Shown: positions 22,393 to 33,090 of the stretch, piece by piece
Layout of the letters: each line of letters begins with the position of its first letter
How positions within the stretch are numbered: the stretch's first letter is position 1
NCBI GenBank assembly: GCA_963676615.1
Contig: OY781092.1
Coordinates: 1,024,001-1,088,000, forward strand
Reading direction: 5' to 3'
Length of the DNA stretch: 64,000 nt
Source: Candidatus Cloacimonadota bacterium
Lineage (GTDB): Bacteria > Cloacimonadota > Cloacimonadia > G963667145
The notes under the pieces: model-generated
What the model was told of the DNA's origin: nothing
What the model saw: only the letters and a program-made list of their open reading frames with translations
The model's database searches: none
Program-made: the position numbers and the translations under genes

Positions 22393-23784
22393 ATGTTACG
22401 AAAAACCAAAAAAATTCATATAATCGGCATCGGCGGCATCGGAATGAGCGGCATCGCTGCCATTTTACTCAAACAAGGCTTCACTATCACTGGCTCCGAT
22501 ATGCGACTCAACGAGAACTGCCAATTTTTGCTGCAAAAAGGCGCAAAAATCACCGAAGGACACGACTCGGCGCTGATTACCAAAGACTTGGATGTCGTGG
22601 TAATCTCCTCTGCAATAAAAAACGACAACCCCGAGGTCGAGACCGCCAAACACCTGAACATCCCCGTGATTAAGCGGGCGGAGATGCTCTCGGAGCTGAT
22701 GAGAATGCGCTTTGGCATCGGCGTGGCTGGCACACACGGCAAAACCACCACAACTTCGATGATTGGGCACATCCTCAACTACGCAAAGCTCTCGCCAACC
22801 ATCATCGTCGGCGGCATTGTCAAAAATATCGGCGCAAACTCACAAATCGGGCAAAGCGACTACATCGTCGTCGAAGCGGACGAATACGACCGCACTTTCC
22901 TCTCGCTCAACCCGATTCTTGCAGGAATAACCAACATCGAGCTGGAGCATATGGACTGCTACAAAGATCTTAAAGAAGTCAAAGAAGCGTTTGTGGAATA
23001 CGCCAACAGCGTGCCATTTTTCGGGCTGGTCGCCGTGTGCCTAGAAGACGAAAACATCAACGACATTCTGCCGAAAATCACCAAAAAAATCGCCACCTAC
23101 GGCTTCTCTCGGCAAGCGAATTTGCGAGCAGAAAACATCAAGTCACACAAAGCGTCCACCAATTTCGACCTCTACTTTCACAACAAATTTTTGGGCGAAA
23201 TTCAGACGAACCTCGTCGGTCAGCACAATGTGCTCAACACTTTGCTAGCGATTTTGCTCAGCCTAGAGCTGGACATTGAGTTCGACACCATCAAAAAAGC
23301 GCTCCAAGAGTTTAGCGGCGTAAAAAGACGCCTGGAAAAAATCGGCACAGCCCAAAACATCCTGATTTTCGACGATTACGCACATCATCCAACCGAAATA
23401 AAGACCACTCTCAAAGGCGTGCGAAACACCACCAGCGGGCGCATCGTCGCGCTTTTTCAGCCGCATCTCTATTCTCGCACGGAACAGTTCGCCAAAGATT
23501 TCGGCAAATCTTTTATGGACGCAGACATCGTGATGATTGCCCCGATTTACGCCGCAAGAGAACAAAAAATAAAAGGTGTGAGCAACGCCCTAATCAGCGA
23601 CGCCGCCATCAGCCACAACCATCAAGGCGTTTACAAAATCGACAACAACCAAGAGATAACCAAAACCGCCTTGAGCATTTTGCGACCCAACGACATCCTC
23701 ATAACTTTCGGCGCTGGAGACATTTATCAATACGGAAGGGAGATTTTATCGAAACTGGAACAGTCAGAACTCACATCAAAATAA
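22393..23784 (+). CDS. murC: UDP-N-acetylmuramate--L-alanine ligase
   Basis: GIGGIGMSG, GTHGKTTT, EADE, DDYAHHPTE and GAGDI. Confidence 0.96.
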   Translation: MLRKTKKIHIIGIGGIGMSGIAAILLKQGFTITGSDMRLNENCQFLLQKGAKITEGHDSALITKDLDVVVISSAIKNDNPEVETAKHLNIPVIKRAEMLSELMRMRFGIGVAGTHGKTTTTSMIGHILNYAKLSPTIIVGGIVKNIGANSQIGQSDYIVVEADEYDRTFLSLNPILAGITNIELEHMDCYKDLKEVKEAFVEYANSVPFFGLVAVCLEDENINDILPKITKKIATYGFSRQANLRAENIKSHKASTNFDLYFHNKFLGEIQTNLVGQHNVLNTLLAILLSLELDIEFDTIKKALQEFSGVKRRLEKIGTAQNILIFDDYAHHPTEIKTTLKGVRNTTSGRIVALFQPHLYSRTEQFAKDFGKSFMDADIVMIAPIYAAREQKIKGVSNALISDAAISHNHQGVYKIDNNQEITKTALSILRPNDILITFGAGDIYQYGREILSKLEQSELTSK

Positions 23785-24542
23785 ACGCCAGCGGCTCTTT
23801 CCCACAAAATTTAGACGAAGTCTCGCAACTGCTGAAAAGCGATTTTGCCATCGTCAGCGGAGGCTCAAACACGCTCCTGACCGGCACAAAAAACATCTTT
23901 TCGGACAAAATGCTCCCGCAAAAAATAAAATTCGGCGAAAACTGCGTGACCGTTTCGGGCGGCGTGAATATCGGCAACCTCATCTGGCAATCCGCCCAAA
24001 AAAATCTCGGCGGACTGGAATTTTTGGCGGGCGTCCCTGCCACCGTCGGCGGGTTGGTCAAAATGAACGCAGGCGCTTATGGTAAAACGATTTGCCCGCT
24101 CGTGCAGTCGGTTTGCACAATCGATAAAAACGGCACAAAAAAAGAGCTGAAAAACTTCGACTACGCCTACAGACACACAGACTTGAGCGGCTACATCTAC
24201 GAAGTTTGCCTTAGGTTGCAACCAAAATCGCAGTCGCAAATACACGCTGAAATAAAAAAAAATATCGCACAAAGATTTGCAAATCAGCCACTTGCGCAGC
24301 CGAACCTTGGTTGCATCTTCAAAAATCCGCCCGCAGGAAAATCCGCAGGAGAGCTCATCGATGCAGCAAATCTGAAAGAAAAACAAATAGGAGACGCCCA
24401 AATCAGCGCAAAGCACGCCAACTTCATCGTCAATCTCGGCGGCGCTACTGCTGCCGATGTTTTGGCGTTAATCGAGCTTGTTCAATCCCAAATTTTTGCA
24501 AAATTTAAAATAAAATTAGCCTTGGAGGTAAAAGTTTTATGA
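23748..24542 (+). CDS. murB: UDP-N-acetylenolpyruvoylglucosamine reductase (start uncertain)
   Basis: In-frame GGSNTLL lies upstream of the ATG at 23910. Also PATVGG..MNAGA, GCIFKNP and HANFIVN. Confidence 0.85.
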   Translation: METGTVRTHIKINASGSFPQNLDEVSQLLKSDFAIVSGGSNTLLTGTKNIFSDKMLPQKIKFGENCVTVSGGVNIGNLIWQSAQKNLGGLEFLAGVPATVGGLVKMNAGAYGKTICPLVQSVCTIDKNGTKKELKNFDYAYRHTDLSGYIYEVCLRLQPKSQSQIHAEIKKNIAQRFANQPLAQPNLGCIFKNPPAGKSAGELIDAANLKEKQIGDAQISAKHANFIVNLGGATAADVLALIELVQSQIFAKFKIKLALEVKVL

Positions 24543-25216
24543 AAAAAAAATATCTTTTAATTTCTTTAATAGCCTTGATTTTCGTTGGAATTTTCGCCTT
24601 TGTCGGCTTGTCGTATTTCAAAATCAGCTCAATCAAGCTAGACGGGCAAACCCAAAGCGACCCTCGTTTTGCCGAGTTTTTGGGCAAAAATCTTTTTGGC
24701 GTGAGCAAACAAGAGCTGCTGAGCAAGCTAAATTCTCCCAGAATAATGGATTGCAAAATCAGCAAAACCTGGCCTGGCACAATCACTATCTCGCCCATTT
24801 TGCGCAAAGATTTTTTCTTGCTAAAAGTCAAAAGCTCCTACATTCCTTTGAGCAAAGAAAAAATCGTGATGGAGTTTCAGGGCTACTCCCCCGTGCCGAT
24901 TATCGACCTTGATTTGTCAAACTACAGCGTTGGCGACACTATCAAAAATCAGAAAATCGACCAGATTTACACGCAGTATGAGCAAATTTTAGCGGGCGAT
25001 CCAGCGTTTGCAGAAAAAATTTCGGAGTTTTTTTACGACGGCGAAAAACTGTATTTTCTCAAATCTTCGCCAACGAATTTCGTCTGCCTTGGAGAAGCCA
25101 AAATATTGGATAAAATCAAGAAACTAAAAAGTCTAGAGAAAAGCATTGACCTGAAAAACAAAATGATAGATTTGTCCTACAAAAACCAACTAATTTACAA
25201 GGAGTCAAGTAGATAG
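24539..25216 (+). CDS. ftsQ: Cell division protein FtsQ/DivIB-like
   Basis: Single N-terminal TM, K.WP.TI POTRA-like segment and IDLSY. Lies between murB and ftsA. Confidence 0.7.
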   Translation: MKKKYLLISLIALIFVGIFAFVGLSYFKISSIKLDGQTQSDPRFAEFLGKNLFGVSKQELLSKLNSPRIMDCKISKTWPGTITISPILRKDFFLLKVKSSYIPLSKEKIVMEFQGYSPVPIIDLDLSNYSVGDTIKNQKIDQIYTQYEQILAGDPAFAEKISEFFYDGEKLYFLKSSPTNFVCLGEAKILDKIKKLKSLEKSIDLKNKMIDLSYKNQLIYKESSR

Positions 25217-26452
25217 ATGAGTAATTCCAAAAATTTCTGTGTTGTAGATATCGGCACAAACAAAATTTGTGCTGTTATCGCCAGCCCATCTCCAGAGGGA
25301 AAACTAGAAATTTTGGGCACTGGCGAAAGTAAATCACAAGGTTTAAAAGGCGGAATTGTCAGCGACATTTACCGCACCAGAGACAGCCTGCTGGCGGCGC
25401 TTGACCAAGCCGAAAAAGAGGCACAAACCAAGGTGGAATCACTACTCGTGGGCATTTCGGGCGACTATATCGAACACCGCAATGTTGAGGGCACAATCAC
25501 CATCAGCAACTACAACGAAGCCGAGATTAGAGAAAAGCACATCAAAGATGTGACTGACAACGCCAGAAATAAGGCGATGCTCGACAATAAAGATAAAAAC
25601 AACTTGGAAATTATCCATGCTATTCCGCGAAACTACGCCATCGACAACGATCCGACACTCATCGAAAATCCTGTCGGAAAATACGGATGCGAGCTCAAAG
25701 CGGGCATCCACATCATCTTTGCCAAACGGTCGAACCTGCGGGACATCAACAAATGCGTGGAACTAGCTGGCTACAAAGTCGAAAACTTTATCTACAACGG
25801 TTTGGCATCGTCCAACGCCGTTTTGGAAGACGAGCAAAAAAATTACGGTGTCGTTTGCCTGGACATCGGCTCTGGCACATCCGACATCAGCATCTACTCT
25901 GGCGGAACGCTCTGCTACACCAAGGTCGTGCCCACTGGCGGCGAAAGCATCACCGAGGTGCTCGCCATCGGACTAAGCACCAAAACTAACACCGCCGAGA
26001 ACCTCAAGCTCACAGACCTGGCTGACGAAGAGAGCGTTGACATCACCGAGCTTAACGGAGAAAGGGTCAAAACCGTTGCCACACAAGCGATTACCTCCTA
26101 CATCAACTATCGCACCAAAGAGATGGTGGACGAAATCTACAGCAACTTTTTGAACAACGACATCCTGAAAAACATCGAAGTCGGAATCGTGCTTTGCGGC
26201 GGCTGCTCGAAATTGCCCGTCCTGCACGAAATGCTGGCAGAAACTTTTCAGATGTTTATCTGCTCGAAAAAACCGAACCTAAAAAACTTCTGCGGCGAAA
26301 AAGTCACTCGCTTGCAAGATGTGGAATACGCCTCAACCGTAGGGCTTTTGCTACAATATTTGAACAAAAACAACTTGCCAAAAGTCAACAAAAAATTTCT
26401 CAAAAACGATTTTTTTTCGAGAATCACCAAACTTTTTAAAGACTTTGTCTAA
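25217..26452 (+). CDS. ftsA: Cell division protein FtsA
   Basis: VDIGTNKI, LDIGSGTSD, GIVLCGG and YASTVGL. Confidence 0.93.
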   Translation: MSNSKNFCVVDIGTNKICAVIASPSPEGKLEILGTGESKSQGLKGGIVSDIYRTRDSLLAALDQAEKEAQTKVESLLVGISGDYIEHRNVEGTITISNYNEAEIREKHIKDVTDNARNKAMLDNKDKNNLEIIHAIPRNYAIDNDPTLIENPVGKYGCELKAGIHIIFAKRSNLRDINKCVELAGYKVENFIYNGLASSNAVLEDEQKNYGVVCLDIGSGTSDISIYSGGTLCYTKVVPTGGESITEVLAIGLSTKTNTAENLKLTDLADEESVDITELNGERVKTVATQAITSYINYRTKEMVDEIYSNFLNNDILKNIEVGIVLCGGCSKLPVLHEMLAETFQMFICSKKPNLKNFCGEKVTRLQDVEYASTVGLLLQYLNKNNLPKVNKKFLKNDFFSRITKLFKDFV

Positions 26453-26462
26453 AGGGGAAATA

Positions 26463-27605
26463 ATGGAAATAGAAATCGCAACACACCCCAAAGCCTACAA
26501 AGGCAACATTAAGGTCTTCGGCATCGGCGGAGCTGGCTCGAACATCTTGTCTTACATCCTCAAAAACTCCAAAAGTTCGTTTCATCCTCTGGCGATAAAC
26601 ACCGATTGTAACGACCTCAATTACAAGAAGTTAAGCAACATTCTCAACATTGGCGCAGAAATCACCGCAGGACTCGGCGCAGGCTCCGACCCAAAAATCG
26701 GGCTGGAATCCGCCAAAGAGTCCAAACAGCTGATAGCCGACGCTCTGGAAGGCACCGACATCCTCTTTTGCCTAGCAGGTCTGGGCGGCGGCACAGGCAC
26801 AGGCGCGACGCCATTCATCATCGAAACCGCCAAAGAGAAGAACATCCTGACCATCGCCGCAGTCACTCTGCCGTTCAACTCCGAGGGAAAAATCCGCCTA
26901 GACAACGCCAACGAGGGCTTATTACGAATAAAAGAACGAGCCGATGTGCTCATCGTTTTCCCCAATCAAAAAATTTTGGAGAAATTTAACAACCTCACGG
27001 TCTTCGACGCCTTCGCCAAAGGGAACAACACCTTTTTGGACATCATCGACAGCGTCTGCCTGACAATGGACGAAACCGGATACATAAATGTCGATTTCGC
27101 CGACATCAAAAAAGTCATCAAAGACAAAGGTTACGCCATTATTTGCAGCGGAACTGGTCGCGGCGAAAACAGAATCGAGGACGCATTCAACGAAATTTTT
27201 GAAAATGTAATCACCACCAATATGAACTTGGAATCTTGTAACTCCGTGATTATCAATGTGATAGGCGGCGACGATCTGCAAATGTCGGAGTTTGAACAAG
27301 CCACAGGCATCATCGCCACAAAAATTCACTCCAATGTCGATGTAATCAAAGGTTTGGTGATGAACGAAGAGCTAACAGGGACGATAAAAATCATCTTGAT
27401 CGCCACGGGGCTGAACATCTCCAACGAATTTGTCAAAGAAGAAAAAGCCGACGAAAATTCCAACCTGAGCTTTATCAAAAAAGACAAGAAAAAAGACGCC
27501 GACAAACTCGTCGCAATCAATCGCATCAAGACAATTCAAAACGCAAAAAATAACTTTTTACCAAATTTTTTGTCCAGCGGCGCCCCCAAAGAAAGCGATG
27601 AATAA
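26463..27605 (+). CDS. ftsZ: Cell division protein FtsZ
   Basis: GIGGAG, GAG, GLGGGTGTG and INVDFAD. RBS before ATG 26463. Confidence 0.96.
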   Translation: MEIEIATHPKAYKGNIKVFGIGGAGSNILSYILKNSKSSFHPLAINTDCNDLNYKKLSNILNIGAEITAGLGAGSDPKIGLESAKESKQLIADALEGTDILFCLAGLGGGTGTGATPFIIETAKEKNILTIAAVTLPFNSEGKIRLDNANEGLLRIKERADVLIVFPNQKILEKFNNLTVFDAFAKGNNTFLDIIDSVCLTMDETGYINVDFADIKKVIKDKGYAIICSGTGRGENRIEDAFNEIFENVITTNMNLESCNSVIINVIGGDDLQMSEFEQATGIIATKIHSNVDVIKGLVMNEELTGTIKIILIATGLNISNEFVKEEKADENSNLSFIKKDKKKDADKLVAINRIKTIQNAKNNFLPNFLSSGAPKESDE

Positions 27606-28083
27606 AATCGCCATCTACCCAGGAACTTTCGACCCCATCACCAATGGGCATCTGAACATCGTCGAAAAGGCGAGCAAACTTTTTGAAAATGTCATCGTCG
27701 CCGTGGCAAACGACACCGGCAAAAACCCGCTTTTCTCTTTAGCAGAACGGACGACGCTATGCAAAAAAGCGCTGGCAGGTTTTGCAAATGTCCAAGTCGA
27801 AAATTTCGCTGGACTCATCATCGATTATGCGCACAAAAAAAACGCAAACACCTTAATTCGGGGCTTGCGAGCCGTCAGCGATTTCGAATATGAGCTGCAA
27901 CAAAGCCTAACCAACAAAAAACTCTCACCAGAAATAGAGACCATCTTTTTTTTGCCAGATTTCAAAAATCTCTACCTCAGCTCATCTATCGTCAGACAAG
28001 TCCTCTCGCTAGGCGGCGACCTCAAAGATTTTGTCCCAGAAGCCGTCGAAGAAGCTATCATCAAAAAATTGGGAAGAAAATGA
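27598..28083 (+). CDS. coaD: Phosphopantetheine adenylyltransferase
   Basis: YPGTFDPITNGH and RGLRAVSDFEYE. Confidence 0.96.
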   Translation: MNKIAIYPGTFDPITNGHLNIVEKASKLFENVIVAVANDTGKNPLFSLAERTTLCKKALAGFANVQVENFAGLIIDYAHKKNANTLIRGLRAVSDFEYELQQSLTNKKLSPEIETIFFLPDFKNLYLSSSIVRQVLSLGGDLKDFVPEAVEEAIIKKLGRK

Positions 28084-29105
28084 AACTTTTAAATTCTGGG
28101 TTTAGAATTTTATTCGCCCAAAAACTGTCTTGCAAAAGAGTTTACAACTACGCTATCTCCAAATTCAGCTACCATTTGTCAAACTTCATAAAAAAACCTC
28201 TCGTTTGGGGAGCGCCGCCAGTTGTCAAGATCGAGCCAACCACCTGCTGCAATCTGCGCTGCCCACTTTGCCACACCACCAGAGGCATCCTTAGGCGAGG
28301 CAAAGGATTTATGGACTACGAACTTTACACCAAAATTATCGACTCGCTACAAAAAAAAACCACGATGATAACGCTTGCTCATATGGGCGAGCCCTTTTTG
28401 CACAAAGACATCTACAAAATGATAACCTACGCTCGCAAACAAGGTTACATCGTCACAGGCATAACAAATATGAACTTCCCGCTAGACGCCGAAAAGCTCG
28501 TCAGAACAGGTCTGAGCAAACTTAATGTTTCAATCGACGGCATCTCACAAGAAACTTATGAAAAATACCGAGTTGGCGGAAATTTGCAACTTGCCCTAGA
28601 CAACATCAAAAAAATCGCGCTAGCCAAAAAAAAACTAAAAACTTCGATGCCGCTCATCTCGTTCCGATATATGTATTTTTCCCACAATTCGCACGAAGAC
28701 ATCCAAAAAGTGGAACAACTCGCCAAAGATTACGGAGCAAACGAGATAAAAATCGTCAAACCTTTTATCATCGACAAAAACGACACCAAATTTTTGGACA
28801 AGCAGCACTCCAACTACGAAGTTGACGAAGATGGCTGCTTTCGCCTAAACTACGAAATCCCAGACAAATGCTCGTCAATCTGGCACGAGCTGGTGATCGA
28901 CTACAACGGCGAAGTCGAGATTTGCTGCTTCGACAAACTTTCCACCATCATCGGAAATGTGCAAAAAGAGTCTCCACAAAAAATTTGGAAAAACCAAGAG
29001 TTCCAAAAATTCAGAGCCAAAATTTTGCAAAACCGCAAGCAAATCGAAGCTTGCTCCATCTGTTTCAACGATGCTGGTGTTTGGGAATACAAAAAAAACC
29101 TCTAA
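28080..29105 (+). CDS. Radical SAM protein with SPASM/twitch domain
   Basis: CNLRCPLC, GEP and C-terminal C..CC.D..G...C..C. Confidence 0.85.
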   Translation: MKLLNSGFRILFAQKLSCKRVYNYAISKFSYHLSNFIKKPLVWGAPPVVKIEPTTCCNLRCPLCHTTRGILRRGKGFMDYELYTKIIDSLQKKTTMITLAHMGEPFLHKDIYKMITYARKQGYIVTGITNMNFPLDAEKLVRTGLSKLNVSIDGISQETYEKYRVGGNLQLALDNIKKIALAKKKLKTSMPLISFRYMYFSHNSHEDIQKVEQLAKDYGANEIKIVKPFIIDKNDTKFLDKQHSNYEVDEDGCFRLNYEIPDKCSSIWHELVIDYNGEVEICCFDKLSTIIGNVQKESPQKIWKNQEFQKFRAKILQNRKQIEACSICFNDAGVWEYKKNL

Positions 29106-29144
29106 CCCAAAAATCCTCTCAAAAAAGGCAACTAAAAAAATCTT

Positions 29145-30305
29145 ATGTTCAAAACCTCAAAAGTTTTACTCGTCTCGTTTGGCCATTTTGTGCACGATGT
29201 TTACTCCTCATTTATCGCGCCGTTTTTGCCAATCCTCATCAAAAATCTTTCCCTAAACTACTCGCAGGCGGCGATGCTCAATGTCGCTTTTCGTGCGCCG
29301 TCGATTATCAACCCGTTTTTGGGAATGCTCGCCGATAAAGTAAACCTCAAATTTTTCGTCGTCTTCGGACCGCTTGTTACCGCAGTTTGTATGTGCTTTT
29401 TGGCGGAATGCCCGAGCTACCTTTCGCTGGTGCTTCTGCTGCTATTTTGCGGCACCAATGTCCTGCTGTTCCACATTCCAGCGCCCGTGATAATCAAGCA
29501 CCTCTCGGACAAAATGATCGGCAGAGGAATGAGCATCTATATGCTCGGCGGCGAAGGTGCGCGCTTCGCAGGCCCCATAATCTTCGTATGGGCGGTCGCA
29601 AATCTAGGGCTACACAAACTCTACTACCTCTTGCTGCCCGTGGTTATCGCCACCATTTACCTTTTTTGGAAACTAAAAGACGAAGACATCAAACACGACA
29701 CAAAAACCGACACAAAACGCCTGAGCGCAAAACATTCCTTCAAAAAACACCTGCCGCTAATTTTCGGCATCACAGGGATTTACACCGCTGCGGGCATCCT
29801 CAAATCGGCAGTAACCATCTTCCTGCCGACCTACTACACCGCGCAAGGTCAGAGCATCGTCATCGGCGGCTCAGCCCTTGCAATCGTGCAATTTTTCGGC
29901 GCACTGGGAGTCCTATCGTTCGGCACACTTTCCGACAAACTCTCCAAGCGCAAACTCCTGGTAGCAACAGCAATCGCAGCCTCCGCATTTTTGGCGGGAC
30001 TCGCCCTTAGCTCGGACAAAGTCGCACTCTCCATTGTCTGCCTTGTCGGACTCGGACTCACAATCTTCGCCAGCGGACCAATCCTTCTGGCGGTAATCAA
30101 CAAAGCCGACAAAGACAACCCCGCTTTCGTCAACGCCATCTTTATGGCAATCAACCTGGGCGTCAACTCTCTGATGGCTTTCGCCGCCGGCAAACTTTTC
30201 GACCTCTACGGCTTCCACACCACATTCTACATCGCCGCAGCCGTCAACCTGCTGTGCCTACCATTTATCATTTTCATCAAAGAGCACAAAGATGAAACCC
30301 GTTGA
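29145..30305 (+). CDS. MFS transporter (Fsr-like)
   Basis: GHFVHD, G.LADK and about 12 TM segments. Confidence 0.85.
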   Translation: MFKTSKVLLVSFGHFVHDVYSSFIAPFLPILIKNLSLNYSQAAMLNVAFRAPSIINPFLGMLADKVNLKFFVVFGPLVTAVCMCFLAECPSYLSLVLLLLFCGTNVLLFHIPAPVIIKHLSDKMIGRGMSIYMLGGEGARFAGPIIFVWAVANLGLHKLYYLLLPVVIATIYLFWKLKDEDIKHDTKTDTKRLSAKHSFKKHLPLIFGITGIYTAAGILKSAVTIFLPTYYTAQGQSIVIGGSALAIVQFFGALGVLSFGTLSDKLSKRKLLVATAIAASAFLAGLALSSDKVALSIVCLVGLGLTIFASGPILLAVINKADKDNPAFVNAIFMAINLGVNSLMAFAAGKLFDLYGFHTTFYIAAAVNLLCLPFIIFIKEHKDETR

Positions 30306-32679
30306 CATCGCGCCGCTACTGGCACACACACTAAAACCATCGCGCTATTTGGGCAACGAAATCGGCGCTTTCCACAAAACTCCCACGCAAAACACAGCCA
30401 ACATCTGCCTAATCTACCCAGACACCTACGAAGTTGGATTTTCACATATCGGCGTCAAAATGCTCTACTCAATCCTAAATCGCGCCGACGCAATAACTTG
30501 CGACCGTTCCTACGCTCCAGACACCGAAACGAAAAAACTAATGCAAAAATTCAAAATCCCGCTTTTTGGAGTGGAAAGCAAACTGCCACTGCAAAAATTT
30601 GACTGCCTTGGCTTCACCCTGCAAACAGAACTCACCTACTCTAACATCCTCTATTGCCTAGAGTTAGCAGGCATTCCCCAGCTCGCAAAAGACCGACAAG
30701 AAAACGATCCGATAGTTATCGCTGGCGGACCCTGCACATTCAATCCGTTGCCGCTTGCCGATTTTTTTGACCTTTTTCTTCTCGGAGACGGCGAACAAGC
30801 GATTTTAGAAATCGCTAACATTTTCAAAAATAAAAAGTTAAGTAGAAGCGAAAAACTATCGGAGCTAGCAAAAATCGACGGCACCTACCTTCCTAGCTAT
30901 GGAGAGCGACCAGTAAACGCTCGCAAATTCACCGATCTGAACAACCCTAAGTTCCAATATAATCAGCAACTTATGCCGCTAATTGACACCGTTCACAATC
31001 GCTATGTCGCTCAAGTGATGCGGGGCTGTCTGCGTGGTTGTCGCTTTTGTCAAGCGGGCTACATCTACCGCCCGCTGCGTGAGTGCGACGCCGAAACCAT
31101 CTACCAAACGACTCTGCGACAAGTGGGCGCCTGCCGCTGGGAAGACACCTCGCTGGTGAGCCTCTCCACTGGCGACTACAGCCAAATAAAGCCGCTGCTC
31201 GAGCAAATCGTCCCCGCTCTGCAACAAAAACACAGCCGACTTTCCCTGCCGTCTCTGCGCCTGGACTCCCTAGACGACGAGTTCGTCCGCTTCATAAAAG
31301 AGGCAGGACAAAAAGGGCTAACCATCGCCCCAGAAGCTGGCAGCCAGCGCCTGCGCGACATCATCAACAAAAACATCAGCGAAGCCGACATCCTCAAATC
31401 GATTCACATCGCCCTGCGGCACAACTGGCAAAACCTCAAACTCTACTTTATGATCGGCCTGCCGTTCGAGGAAAAATCCGACATTCAAGCAATTCCAGAA
31501 CTCATCGACAAAATCGTCAAAATTGCTGGGAAAAAACTGCACATCAACATCACCGTTTCGCCCTTTATCCCAAAACCGTTTACGCCGTTTCAATGGCAAG
31601 CGTGCGCCAGCATGGAATATGTCCGCAGCAACTTTTTTTGGATAAAAAACGAGCTGAAAAAATACCGCTTCGTCAAAGTCAACCACCTCGATTTTTTCTC
31701 GTTCCTCTTGGAAGCGCACTTGGCTTTGGGCGACAAACAGACGGGCAAAGCCATCCTTCGAGCCTATCAAGACGGCGCAAAAATGGACGGCTGGAGCGAA
31801 CACCTGACCAGCGAAATTTGGGAAAAGCACCTAAATCCAGCTGACATCGCCCCAAAATCGACAGAAAAGCCGCTGCCTTGGGAGTTCATAAACTGCGGAG
31901 TGTCGCGCGATTTTCTCCTGCAGGAACTGCAAAACGCCAAAAACATCTCCACAACTCCCGACTGCTACAACCAAAGCTGCACAGGCTGCGGTGCTTGCAA
32001 CGAAAAGCAATCGTTGCAATTTTCTACGCCCGTGCAAAAACACACGCTCAAACCAATCAAAAAATCGACCGCACCCGAAAATATCCAATTCCGCTATCGC
32101 CTCTTCTACCCCAAAAGCGGCGGTTTGCAACACCTGGGGCACCTAGATTTCATCAAACACCTCTACCGAATCGTGGTCAGCGACGACCTGCCGATAGTTT
32201 TCACCAGCGGCTACAACAAAAAACCGAAGCTAAAATTTTGTCCACCGTTGCCGCTCGGAATCGAAGGACAAAACGAGTTTTTGGACATTTTTTTACGAGA
32301 AGAGCTCCCAATAGAGCTTATTTATAACTCACTTAAAAATAACTACCTTATGCCAATTTTGGCGGTGCAAAAAGTTTCCAAACAATCTAACCCCACAAAC
32401 GAAATCTACACAGTAACCAGCAAAAAAATCGTCTGCCAATCAGAAATCGACGCTTTTCTTGCGCAAGAAAACTTTTGCGTCCTAAACCGCAAAGAAAAGC
32501 AAATCGACCTGCGAAAAGTGGTCTGCGACCTCACGCTATTGGCAGATAATCGCCTGCAAATCAGCAAAAAAATCGAGGGTGCTCCAATTCACCTGATTTT
32601 AGCAAAAATCTTTCAGCTTGAGCCCACAAATATCCTAGAACTCGTCCGCACCAACTTCCTTTTTGCCGAAAAAAAGTAG
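30292..32679 (+). CDS. B12-binding-type radical SAM protein (TIGR03960-like) fused to a DUF2344-like domain
   Basis: KPSRYLGNE, RGCLRGCRFC, APEAGS, PKPFTPFQW and C-terminal GHLD..P.F..G..KPK. Confidence 0.85.
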   Translation: MKPVDIAPLLAHTLKPSRYLGNEIGAFHKTPTQNTANICLIYPDTYEVGFSHIGVKMLYSILNRADAITCDRSYAPDTETKKLMQKFKIPLFGVESKLPLQKFDCLGFTLQTELTYSNILYCLELAGIPQLAKDRQENDPIVIAGGPCTFNPLPLADFFDLFLLGDGEQAILEIANIFKNKKLSRSEKLSELAKIDGTYLPSYGERPVNARKFTDLNNPKFQYNQQLMPLIDTVHNRYVAQVMRGCLRGCRFCQAGYIYRPLRECDAETIYQTTLRQVGACRWEDTSLVSLSTGDYSQIKPLLEQIVPALQQKHSRLSLPSLRLDSLDDEFVRFIKEAGQKGLTIAPEAGSQRLRDIINKNISEADILKSIHIALRHNWQNLKLYFMIGLPFEEKSDIQAIPELIDKIVKIAGKKLHINITVSPFIPKPFTPFQWQACASMEYVRSNFFWIKNELKKYRFVKVNHLDFFSFLLEAHLALGDKQTGKAILRAYQDGAKMDGWSEHLTSEIWEKHLNPADIAPKSTEKPLPWEFINCGVSRDFLLQELQNAKNISTTPDCYNQSCTGCGACNEKQSLQFSTPVQKHTLKPIKKSTAPENIQFRYRLFYPKSGGLQHLGHLDFIKHLYRIVVSDDLPIVFTSGYNKKPKLKFCPPLPLGIEGQNEFLDIFLREELPIELIYNSLKNNYLMPILAVQKVSKQSNPTNEIYTVTSKKIVCQSEIDAFLAQENFCVLNRKEKQIDLRKVVCDLTLLADNRLQISKKIEGAPIHLILAKIFQLEPTNILELVRTNFLFAEKK

Positions 32680-32758
32680 AAAAATAGAATCTACGCCAAG
32701 CAAACAACTATGCTGATTAAAAGTTGGCTTTTATCTGGGGACGGTGCCGTTTTTAGAG

Positions 32759-32844
32759 CTTGACACAAATAAGAAAATTTATCGAATTGTAAAAAAGAAT
32801 AAAATGTTTGTATATAATACCAAATTATGAAGGTTAGCTGCAAG
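32759..32844 (+). promoter_or_regulatory. Island leader copy 2: TTGACA box, putative attI-like site and core site GTTAGCTG
   Basis: Homologous to 248-345 and ends in GTTAGCTGCAAG at 32833. Confidence 0.6.
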
Positions 32845-32994
32845 TAAAAAGAAAGAAACTGCAACATTGAAACCTGATTATAAAATTTGAAAAAACGGAT
32901 AGAAAATATTGGCTCATTGATTGAAGGTTGGTGCAAGAAAAAATTAGTTTTTGCCCGCCCGCTTCTGCCCTTTGGGACAGTTGGGATTGCCTAC

Positions 32995-33072
32995 GCACAA
33001 ATAGCACATTTGGTTTTTCCCAACCCACAATCAAACCTTGAAAAACCAAAAGAGCTATTTTCTTGCCACCAC
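32995..33072 (+). repeat. CACATT/AAAGAG hairpin motif, copy 3 (upstream of avs2)
   Basis: CACATT at 33005, AAAGAG at 33049, perfect 11-bp stem TTTGGTTTTTC/GAAAAACCAAA. Confidence 0.8.
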
Positions 33073-33090
33073 TAAATGAATTATTAAGCA

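Noticed and set aside
32807..32835. dif/Xer-like site (ATAA-N7-TTATG)
   Set aside because: The spacer is 7 rather than 6, the XerD arm TTATGTTAAAT is absent, and the homologous copy near 320 lacks the symmetry. Treated as part of the leader.
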